From: Entomortierella parvispora E1425 | Taxonomy: Eukaryota; Fungi; Mortierellomycota | Direction of reading: 5' to 3' | DNA: 64,000 nt | Assembly (NCBI GenBank): GCA_020891255.1 | Contig: BQFW01000009.1 | Location: 1,811,843-1,875,842, forward strand | Part shown: piece after piece, positions 53,547 to 64,000 of the stretch | How positions within the stretch are numbered: the stretch's first letter is position 1 | How the letters are laid out: each line of letters begins with the position of its first letter | Program-made: the position numbers and the translations under genes | The notes under the pieces: model-generated | Database searches by the model: none | What the model was told of the DNA's origin: nothing | Seen by the model: the letters and a program-made list of their open reading frames with translations, nothing else

Positions 53547-56035
53547 TAGAGAAGAAGGAGGGAACCTCGGTATTCAAGTCCACTTCCTTAAATATTCGCA
53601 CACTTGTCCTGGCTCCCTTGTTACACAGGCTGAACTTCGTTCGTTCGTTCGTCGTGGGTTCATCAAAGGGGAGAGAGCTGAACACAAACTGTTGCTTGTG
53701 TTCGCATGAATGGATGTGGCGTAGAGCAAAGTAGAACAGCAGATGGGACCGTTCCCGTGAATTACTGAAGACCACTCAGCAAGTCGAGAACAACCAAGTC
53801 AGAAACTCTCCTAGTCATGAATAACGGACTCTGTTGTTTGAAGGAAGAGGTCAGTATGAGTGCTGTCTGCATCTGAAGTGATAGAATCATTGCAGACTCT
53901 AACAGCGTTTCAACAAAAGACAGAGGGAACAATCCGGAAGAGATTGAGCAGGATAAGAGTAAGAAGAGCAAGAGAGCCAATTGAAAGCAGGCACAGATTG
54001 CATGAACACGAAGGATATTCCACTAAAGGAGCAGGCAGGTCCCAACAGGATCTTGACCGAATAACAAAAATGAGAGGCAGAGACACAATCGTCTATCACA
54101 CTCGTCTTGACCCGGGATGGGGCATTCTGCTGGGTTACAGGTCTGAGTTCATCCTGCCTTTCGTTGGCCAGCTTTTCTCTTTGAAGCTTTTGGACCATGT
54201 TGAATCCCACAAAAAAAAAAAAAAAAAAAAAAAAGATCGATGTCTTGACTCGCTTTGTGCATCCCTGGCTGCTGGATAATGGCGTGTTGTGAAATGTGAG
54301 CTCCTATATCTTTTCTCGATGCACTTGCTCCTGCTTGGGGACTTGGTGCCTGCTACTGCTGGCTGACTATGACTCTCATCTCTCCAATGGCCAACCAATC
54401 CTCATCCGCAGCTTGGATCGCGGTTTCTCATAAGGTGAACGACATGAACACGATGGTTAGAAAGAGGACTTTCACTTTGTTGGGACTGTACTGCGGCGGT
54501 AATGACGGCGACACAAGAATTCTGTAAACACCAAGTGCATCAAGAAAATTGCTCTCTTGTCTTTCTGTGTTGTGGGTGTCTCCGTCAAAGTCGGAGCTAT
54601 GACGTTTCTCCAATATTCTGATGATGGGTATCTTCTTTCAGCCATGGGTCATCCTACTGATGATGGTATTGGATCTGACGTCCTGCCTGCGAGCTGATTC
54701 CAAGTCATAACTGCACCCTCTTTTGCAATAAACCAGATGATGTTGGTAGGCAGGTGCTTATGGCGACAGGCTGGGGAGATTGGGGGATTCATGTAATTTT
54801 CCTGACCAGGGTCTTGACCGATAGACGCTTGTCCTCCACTTGATCAACCAGCAGCGCGATGAATCTTTGCAAAAAAAAAAAAAAAAGGAATCGCGACGTG
54901 GATGCGTCCAGCAATTGCCTGCTACTGAGAAAGGGCCACTCGAAAGCCAGAACTAAGGGTTATGGCGACAGTAATCAGAATGGTAAATACATCTAGAACT
55001 ACTTTAATAGTTGTAATAGTTGCAGAACGGTCCCACGGCATGGTTGCCAGTTTTTGATGTGATGGATATCAAAAGAGACTTATTGGTCATGACCTGCTCA
55101 TGATCACATAGTACGGCAATGGCGGTTCACAGTTTTTCGTTTCGACCCGTGAGGAACTGCACCCCTGGGTTTGTGAACATTTGATCCATCTTGCCAAGAG
55201 CGAGGCTTGCTCTGTCTTGTCTTCTTTTTTTCAATGGACCCATGAAAACTTTAGTAAAGGGCATGTATACGGGCAAATTGTCACTGGTAGGTGGGAATGA
55301 AAGTCAAATAAAGTGCAAGTCGACGGGAACTCACTTGCTCTTTACTTGTTGAATGTGTGGATGGCCTATAGAAGCAGCAACAGAAGAGGCTACAAACCAA
55401 TTGTATCACCCTTTGCTCTCCCATTTTGACAAGCTTGAGTCCAGTCTTCTCCCGCGAAGAAGTGGGCCACGATGACTCTGGAGCCCCCCGAGGCAATGCT
55501 CCTTGCATACTTTCGGGATGCCCATGACAGCCCAGTTGCGGATGAAATGATATGAAGCTCCTGTTGTAATCCTGAGAGGAAACCTTTCCTGTTGCTTGTC
55601 CGTTGGGACTAGTTGTTCAGCTGGAGGACGGACTGAGCTCGCTGATATTATTTGTATCTTCCCTCTCACCCCTGCCTTTTGCCCTTCCCTCTCGTCTCTT
55701 GCTTTTTCTGAGAAACCCTCTTCCTGCGCCCCAAAGCTTGTGCATGCCCAGCCAGCCAAAGGAGCAATAATCTGAAGTCACAGCCGAAATCTTGGGAGGA
55801 GCACTTTGTAGCTGCTGCTGGTGCAAGATAAATAAAAAAGAAAGGAAAAAAAAACGATCGGGAAAAAAAAGCAAGGACCTGCACTTTGTTTTTTTTTTTT
55901 TTGTCAGCAAGGACGGAATGTTCCTGAACTGTGCAGTCTTGTTCTTCTCTTCTTGCTCTTCCCGATGTCAATCCCTCTGAGGCTCAAATCTATCCCAGCT
56001 GGCGATTCATTATTTTGCTTTCTCGGTCACTAGGT

Positions 56036-56421
56036 TTAAGAACTTGGTGTTGATTTTTCATTGCATCGGCAAGGTGCGGTGTTTATTATTACAAGTCGAG
56101 AAAGGCTCCAGTAGCGCTGAATCAATTGGGTTCTGAACATTGAGCGCATTCCAGCCCTTCTATAGTCCAACCTCCTAAATGCTTGAGCCTGTTCCAACAC
56201 CGTCTCAAATTCCGCTGCAAGGAGTTCCTTGATATTTTTGCCATCGATTTGCAATGGCGGTCTCAAAGATATACTTACCCACTCCACGTGGTTCATTGTA
56301 AGATGCTCGTCCTTGATATACCTGGTGACTTCGATTGAGTGGGATGCTCCTACGAGCAGCCTCCTGAGAACATCTTGCATGTATATAGCACTGCTGCAGA
56401 AATTATTGAGGATCCGTCTTC

Positions 56422-56456
<35 letters not shown>

Positions 56457-58385
56457 TTATATCCTCGAATCAGGTCAAGCGCAGCCGCACCAGCTCCAGG
56501 AACCCTTCCTTGTACGTCAAGAGCCCGCCCTCTATGATAAAAGCCAATCTATCCCTGATATTTTGGAATCGAAGGGTAAATATCTTCCAAGCGCCCTCGA
56601 CTGGGACGAGTACTGACGAGTTTGGCACATAGGGTATCGTGGATGAGTTCCTTGTCAATGTGCTGTCGAGATAAATCTGTTGTCATTCGATCATAAAGTC
56701 GTTGAAGCACTTCGTCCATGTCGTCGGATCGTAGTTCCAAAGTATGTCCTCAAAAATATGATGGGCTGAATCGGCGACGCAAGTCGCAAGGGAGCCTTTG
56801 ACCACATCCAGATGAGGAAGACTGGCCAGCCGGGCCCTTGCTCCAAAGTCTAGTGCTCAATCCTGATCTAATAGAATTTGCTATTCGTGCATCCTGGCAA
56901 GACAACAAGCCATGATGGTAGTCTTTGCAGCCTCAAGCTCCTTTGTTGAAATTTCGGTACCTGATGAAGAGCCACTAGGCCATTGCGGCTCAGAGAAGCT
57001 CAATCCTGCGTCTCAAGGTATGAATGCGAATCCTGACCTCGTCCTACATGCTTGAAGCTCGCTGGAGCTCGAGGAGTTGAACCTTACAGGCTGAATGGTT
57101 GTATGGTCATTGTTGATATGCAGCCCATCGGGAGCCTTCCAAGAACTTGATCATCATCAAGAATCAAAATAAACTTGGCTGTGCCTGTAGTGCACGTTGA
57201 AGAAGTCGCCTTCGTCTCCTCCATGCAAGTCAACGTGCAGGGTTGATGATATTGAGGTTCCACGAGCTGGAAGCCGTGAGCCATCAGTCTGACATCCTTG
57301 AAAAGGCCCCCAGACATATACAGGAAGGCCGGTGCTGCATCTTGTGGGAATATCAGGAGTATCGGCCTTCTGGACGAGAATCTGGTGGATGTGCACTCTG
57401 TGCTCCAAAAGCAAAAGCCGCAAATATAGACGACCGAATGTCAAATCTCGCATGCGGTCTGTTGTTTGCTGTTCGTTGAATGGATGATTGGAGTATCTGA
57501 CAACGTATAACGGCGAGCATGTCGTTCAATCCGGGATCCTTCTTGCCGGCTTTGACGTAAAGGCCTCATGTTTTCGGCTGCATCTCGAGACGTTGATGGT
57601 CCCACGGATAATTGGTCAGGATGTCATCTACACCACTTGTTGGGTTTCTAGAATTTGCAGATTTTGGCAAACCGAAAACAATGTCGATGGAACCTCTTGA
57701 GCCATCACTTGTCCGCGTTTCCCTGCTCCTGAGATCCTGACCCAGAGATCCTACCCCACACGACAAGTCCTGTTGCTATGGTAGTCCATGCAACTATTTT
57801 GAAGAGATGAGCAAAACGGTAATAGACGCAGCTGACAAGGACACGTGCGATTAACTTACCAGGTACATCTGAGCATAGAGAAGGGGAAGCGGGGAGACCT
57901 TGGAGAGAGATGAGCAGATACTGGAGTATGGACGTCGGACTGAGCGCTGCTGCCACGGTTACGTTGACGCACTGATACCCAACCATTACGCCTAGAAGCA
58001 AGAGTAGTTTGTATGAGCGCACGTACAAGGGTTTTCGCAGCATTATCGAAAAACGCAGACATTACCTGATGGTGGTCCTTGGGCAATGAAGTCGGTGTGG
58101 TCATCGAGATTCTCGGGAAACAATCGTCCGTTTGTTCTGCTTGGTCTCCACTTCAAGGCGTCGATCATTTCGACTGAGTCCTGATTGGCATCCGGATTGG
58201 AAACGCACCAGAGGAAAGGTATGTGTGTTCGAGGTTTGCAAGTCTGTTGATTTTCTTGACGTTGATTGAAACATTGAGGTACCAATTGTAATGGCAGAGT
58301 GCATGTCGACAGGTTTGGCTTTCCACGAAATAAAGCAGCATGTTGCGCGTGTCTCTGAGACGAAGAAACACCGCAAGCACCGCAA
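56036..58385 (-). pseudogene. Fragmentary spliced coding-like sequence (orphan gene or decayed gene)
   Basis: Two canonical introns (58065-57992 and 57859-57794) join three exons in consistent phase. Further protein-like frames at 57453-57157 and 56740-56036 are interrupted by stops. No family recognised. Confidence 0.3.
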
Positions 58386-61300
58386 GGGGGAAAATGAAAT
58401 GGAGGCTCGAGATGAGAAAAGTAGGAGCTAGGAAACAGCGTCGAGACGGGAATGGCGTGGAAGAAGGAGGACCAAGAGGATGATGTGTGGGTGTCCGATG
58501 TTTGTTGGAAGGAGACGGAAGGAGGCATCAGAAGCATCAACATGGTGCGAGCTGCTGTCGTTATTTCCTACTCTGCAGGGAAATAAAGAGACCATGCCTG
58601 CCTGGACCGGCACTTTTTTTTTTTTTTTTTTGTGGGTTCAGCATCGACCTTTGTCTTCCTCGCTCCCCTATATCCTCTAATCCCTCTTCATGAACTACCG
58701 CGATAGATATCGATAGATCATGCCGCCTTGCTGACTGAAGAACAATAATGACAAGATATGGCCATTGAGGTCACGGTTGACCATGCCTTTGCACTTCCTT
58801 CTCCTTGATAATCACCAGACACCACGCCACTCCAGCAGAATGCAAGGCCATCTGGAAACAAATGAAGCTGAAAGTCGGCCATAATGTCAACGCCTCAGAG
58901 CTGGTTGTAGACCCGACAGTCAAAAGCAACACTTGCAAGTACGCGTGAAATCCACCAAGTGCAGAAAAAAGAAAAATGAGAAGAGGGCTATCATGGATCG
59001 ACCTTGAAAAGGCTGCCTTGATCTCATGATCCGTGTCGCAATATCGGCGATGTATGTCCCTGCCCCTTCTCGAACCACCAGGAACTTGGATCGAACTTGG
59101 CATGCATTTCCGTTGTAAGATTGTTATTGTCTCTCAGAAATATCGACTCTCCTTCGTCAGGTCCAGCTTGTTATTATTACCTGCCGGATGATGAGTCACT
59201 TTCCCCTAGTTCGCTTTGATTCAACAGTAGGCCTGTACATCCTACACCACAATTGTATGTGGCTCCTTACCTTGTCCTCCAGTCTGCAATTCATAATAAA
59301 CCATGCCTTTCGGCCCTTTTCGTATTCTTGCCCTGTCTGGTCGTGACAACGACTCTTTGTCTCCTCGAGAAGTCCTGGCTAACATCGATCAATATCGTGA
59401 CTTGTCTCCCTTGCACTTCAGATAAGTCATGGGAAAAGCAAATCGAGACAGAGTGTCTTGGGGTTGCACTTGAGGAACAAAGTCAAGTCGTGTCAGCTTT
59501 CTTCTCATGTATCGCTGTCCTCCCAATTCTTTCTTGCCTTTGTCTCTCCCTTCGTTTCATCTTTCTTCCATCTTGCCTCTTGCATTCCACTCGGCCGCCA
59601 ACCAAGTGGATATATGAACTACATACCCATTGATTGGGCCAGGTTCGGCCGCTTGTCTTCTGTTTATATTCCTGATTGTTGATGTGCCGCGTTTCGCGTG
59701 GAGCCCATCTCTTCTGTTAGTAGACTGCCAAACCAAAATGTTCCTCTACATTGTCCTCTTCTAGCTTTCGTGGCCTCTTTCTCTGTTGGAGCACCACTGC
59801 CTAAACCAAGATCGTTTCATCTTGAGGTAGGCGAGTGCCATAAGCAGGGCAAGGACAGTGAGGAGCGGAAAAATACACGATCCTGTGCTGCGGTTATCTG
59901 CTCTTGCGGGACAGATCAATCTCATTTAGAAGAAAAAGCGGAGGAACTGCCTTTTGCGATTGCCTGCTGAGAAGGCGTCGGAGCGAGGAAGTTCCACGAG
60001 ACTCGAAAGAAATAGTTGTTCTTTTGATGCCCCTCTCTGTCGAAGCCCTCATCTTTCTTGCCTAGTGAGAGGATAGCCTGCTCAGTTGTCTTTGTCGTGC
60101 GTGCCCTTCTCTTCAATCCCTGGATCACTGAGGGAAGCAGCACAGATACATGTCAAATGGAACGGTGCGATCGATGGGTGAGCGCGCAGGAAGAGGCTAT
60201 GGAGGTAGATTCAGAGCATTCGTTCATGGTCAGATTAATGGAGACCCGCTTGTCCTTGACTTGGAGCCCTATTCCCAGTGGGACCTGTGGAAACCGGACG
60301 CGGAATCCAAAAAAAAAAAAAAAAATCGCGTCTTGACGCGCTTTCCTCTCCGCCAGAGCACAACAAACCGAAGGGACTTGGAGGAAGAGGTCGCATCATC
60401 CACTGTGACAACTCTCGCACCGTGCCTGCATCGAGATGCACATGTTCATCCAAGGTCTAAAGAAGGAGCAATCTTGGAGAAGCACTTTGCGGCCGCTGGC
60501 ACAAAAAAAAAAGTAAACGACTCTTCACCGTGTTGTCGTTTGTTGTCCGCATCGCATGGACTGATCGTTCCTGAACTCTTTTGCCCTTCTCTTCTCTTTC
60601 CTCTTGTCCCTATCTTCTCTTCCCTTCCATTCCCTCTCGACAATTATCCCAAGACCATTGTAGAGGGGGAGAAATGCGCGTTGTTGTTTGTTGCCGTTGG
60701 GACTGATCATCCCTGAACTAGCCTCTTTTTCTCTCCCTTCTCTCCATCTCTCTTTGTCTCTTACCTTCCTAGGCTTGCCATCTCGTCTCTTCCATGCCTC
60801 TCATCTCTTCCATACCTCCTCTTCCATTACAGCATCCGCTCATGCCGGACAGATGGGTGCTAACCTGACCTTGACTTGTTGGAAACAAATGCCCTTCAGC
60901 TCCAGCAGCAGAGGAAACTTCAAAAAAAAGGGGACAAATGTCCTCATATTCTGACAAGTCGATCCAGTCCATTCCCTGCGGCGCGACAACGAAGAGAACT
61001 GGAAGAAGATATTGCGCTGCCGACTGCAGAGTGGACATGTCCATCCAAGGGAGAATTACAGCTGCTGGCGAGGAAAAAAAAACCAAGAACCCTGCCCCCC
61101 TTTTTCCTCTTCTCTTCTCTCTTGCTCCACCGTTTTCTTCCTCTTATTTTCCTTGAACTTGTCAACTGTCCCTTTCTTCTCTCTCCCTTCTTTCCTCTCT
61201 TCTCTTCCCTCTTGATCGTCTTTCGTCTTCTCATCTCTCTTGTTCGTCAGTCTTGATCCTTTCTTGTCTTCACTCTTGCACTTTTTGGTCGCACGACGTG

Positions 61301-61699
61301 AGTTTCCCTCGGGATGACAGCGCAAAAAAAAAAAAGCACAAAGGGACCCGCAAGGGGGTCGTTTGTCTCAGCTGTTGTTGGATCCGCTGTCCGTCTCTTC
61401 TTCTTTTCCCTCTCGTCCCTCTCTTCCTCTTGTTCCTCCTCCTCTTCTCCCTCTTGTCCCTCCTCCTCGCTTTCCTCTTGTTCCTCCTCTTCTCCTCGCT
61501 GTTGTCCCTCCTATTATTCTCTTTCCTCCTTTCCTCTTCCCTCCCAAGACCACTGTTCTTTTGGATGGGGCGAGTGCAGCCTCCATTTGTCCAAAAAAAA
61601 AAAAGGCCGAAGGGGGGGGGAGAAACGGGCGGTTGTTGTTTGTTGGATGGAGCGTCCCTGAACTTGTGTCTTTTTCTCCGGTCTGTCTCCCTCCCTTCT

Positions 61700-62460
61700 C
61701 TTGCCATCTCAACCCATCCTCCTTGCATCCCTCTCGTCCCTTGCATTCATCTCGTCCTCTCCTTCTCGTCTCTTGCATTCATCTCGTCCTCTCCTTCTCG
61801 TCTCTTACATCCATCTCGTCTCTTACATCCATCTCGTCCCTTGCATCCATCTCGTCCTCCCCATCTTGTCCCCTGCATCCCTCTCGTCTCTTGCATTCAT
61901 CACGTCCTCTCCCTCTCGTCCCTTGCATCCATCTCTTCCCTTGCATTCATGTTGTCTCTTGCATTGATCTTGTCTCTTGCATCGTTCGACCTTCTCGTCT
62001 CCTGCATTCCACAATTCTCGCATCCCTCTCTCTTGTCTCCTGCATCCCTCTCTCTTGTGTCGTTTTTTGCATCCCTTTCCTCTCGTCTCTCTCGTCTCTC
62101 TCGTCTCTCTCGTCTCGATTCCTGCGTCCTTCCTTTCTCCTCGACTCTTGCATCCTTGCATCCGTCTTTTTTGGATCTTTCTCCTCTCTTGCATCTCTCT
62201 TCTCCTGCATCCCTTTTCCTTTTTGTATCTCTCTTGTCTGTTGCATCTCTCTCTTCTTTTGCATCTCTCTCTTCTGTTGCATCTCTCTTCTCTGTTGCAT
62301 CCCTTTTCCTTTTTGTGTCTCTCTTCTCTGTTGCATCTCTCTTCTCTGTTGCATCTCTCTCTCTCTCTCTCTCTTCTCTGTTGCATCTCTCTTCTCTGTT
62401 GCATCTCTCTCTCTCTCTCTCTCTTCTCTGTTGCATCTCTCTTCTCTGTTGCATCTCATC
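61700..62460. repeat. Subtelomeric TTGCATC-core minisatellite with 18-, 32- and 50-bp periodicities
   Basis: A 32-bp unit x2 (61741-61804), 18-bp TTACATCCATCTCGTCTC-type units, 18-bp CTCTTCTCTGTTGCATCT units and (CT)n spacers. Confidence 0.9.
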
Positions 62461-63861
62461 GCGTGCATCCTTCTCCTCTCATGATTCGAACTCACATCTT
62501 GCACCTTTTGCAGCCGCCGTCTCAACCGACCCAATGCATCCAACTCGACTCTTGCATCAAACATCAGCGGGTCTTTTGTGCCCCTGTCTTTCTTTTCGCT
62601 CTCTTCTCCTCTCTTCTCTTCGTGTTGTCGCAAGCTTAAGCGTTTCCTCTCGCTTTCTCCTTCCTTTCTCACGCGTTGCTCGCTACTCCTTCCCTTTGTC
62701 GTCAACCACAACTTCTTTTACATCTAATCATACAGAGAAAGCTCATTCCACTTACCCATGAACCAGACTGGATATGCGACAAACGAGATGCATGTAGGAA
62801 ATGTGGTCATTAATTCAGGGGCGCGTTCTTCTCAGGTAAGTCATCTCTACCATCGACTGCTAGATTTCTCTGCCCCTCAGGCAGAGCATGCAGTAGCGAG
62901 GATCCAGGGCAAAGTCACCCCAGTCTCGTGTGTTTTGCGCCCACGTCTCTGCCATCTTGTTCCTACTTTTGTCTACATGTAGCGTCTACAACTTTTTATA
63001 AAAAAAACTACCTGACAAATGCGCGAGCTGATGTTCTACATGCTCGATGAGGAGAGTAAAAACTATTTGAGAGAGCTACAAGTTCCTCGCTGAAGTCAAG
63101 AGAGAGCTAGCATGTGTACGGTTCACACTCGGTCTCCTGTTGCTAGTGGATTGTCCTTTCAAGCGCCCAACAGTCGTTCTCTCACCCCAAACTGCAGACT
63201 TTGCTCTTTTCCCTTCTCATACTTCGTGAAATGCACCTACGAACTGTCTAAGTGGCTAGCTCTCGGCTCCTGTCACCACTTCACTCCTCCATCTTAAGAG
63301 AGAATTTTTTTTTCAAAAAAAAACGAAATATAAGAACAGCAATTACACCACAACCACCTTATCACTCGCCTGTTTTTCTTCATGAATATTGACCTCTGAT
63401 GAATAGGCACCTCCCCATATAAAAATCACCTAGGTCATCAACGTAGATATCGAGAAAAGAGTGTTCGAATTTCAAAAAAAAAGAGATTAAAAATTGCAAT
63501 TGCTCAAGATCCACCTTATGGATTGACGATGTTGTTAGCTTGGTGGAATACTTATGAGGATAGCTCTCTAATGCACCGTATCTTATATCTCTACGAAGGA
63601 AAAAAAACACCTTGTTTTTATATCTTCAAGAAAAGCGAGGCCAAAGCCGAATTCGAACCCGGGAGCAAAAGTAAACAAAAGGAATACCTAATGATCCAGG
63701 AAGTCTAAGCCACCATACATCTACACATTTCCTTTTTAGGAAATAACAGAAAAACGCATCTTACGGTCGATCTGAAAGGCGCAAGCGATGCACAGACGCT
63801 CCAGGACGTCGTTAAACTGTACAAATGCGCGAGTTTAGGGCGAATAAACCCTAAAATAAGG

Positions 63862-64000
63862 TTTAGGGTTTTTTAGGGTTTTTTTAGGGTTTTTAGGGTT
63901 TTTTAGGGTTTTTTAGGGTTTTTTAGGGTTTTTTAGGGTTTTTTAGGGTTTTTTAGGGTTTTTTAGGGTTTTTTAGGGTTTTAGGGTTTTGGGTTTTTAG
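63862..64000 (+). repeat. Telomeric repeat array (TTTTTTAGGG)n, G-strand running toward the chromosome end
   Basis: Nine perfect T6AG3 units plus T3, T4, T5 and T7 variants, running to the end of the window. Confidence 0.97.

Noticed and set aside
61700-62460. CRISPR-like repeat-spacer reading of the satellite
   Set aside because: Eukaryotic context, degenerate units, no unique spacers and no cas genes.
61253-62761. 502-aa ORF and several overlapping ORFs on both strands
   Set aside because: They arise from the stop-poor C/T satellite; the translations are L/S/F or R/E low complexity with no domain.
62758-62982. 74-aa ORF with a GTAAGT...CAG 45-nt intron-like segment (62836-62880)
   Set aside because: The frame is open with or without splicing and has no recognisable motif, so there is no independent support.
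63403-63708. Plus-strand frame containing IAIAQDPPYG, resembling a DPPY amino-methyltransferase motif
   Set aside because: No SAM-binding motif, no upstream start, and the frame is short. It overlaps the equally weak antisense YVDD frame; most likely chance.
63645-63720. Minus-strand GGTTCGAATTC with an upstream TGGCTTAG, tRNA/SINE-like
   Set aside because: The T-stem is mismatched, no cloverleaf forms, and T-runs lie between the boxes. No tRNA gene could be supported anywhere in the window.

Overview
Right-hand end of a fungal chromosome. Short GT-AG introns, the gene families present and a T6AG3 telomere point to an early-diverging fungus, probably Mortierellaceae (inference). Positions 1-52.3 kb are gene-dense, with 14 reconstructable genes: a Zn2Cys6/Fungal_trans transcription factor (5' part not found), ATG22 with two microexons, a RasGEF, two tandem GSTs, a ROCK-like kinase, an L-LDH, an Obg-family GTPase, TFIIIC tau138/Tfc3, SRAP/HMCES, a HEIP1/REDIC1-like gene, a PA-domain membrane protein, eEF1B-gamma and a SEL1-repeat protein, plus a PQ-loop transporter. 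Positions 52.3-63.8 kb are a gene-poor subtelomere with a candidate 50-aa secreted peptide gene, spliced gene fragments, a TTGCATC-based pyrimidine satellite and a possible RT (YVDD) remnant. The window ends in (TTTTTTAGGG)n with an inverted unit at the junction. Best leads: (1) a ROCK-like kinase with two HR1 domains inserted inside its split PH domain; (2) an HMCES with UIMs plus a PIP box; (3) a HEIP1/REDIC1-like gene whose first 3' splice site sits in a hairpin loop; (4) B-box motifs inside the gene for the B-box-binding TFIIIC subunit. All exon boundaries were read by hand and no database searches were run.
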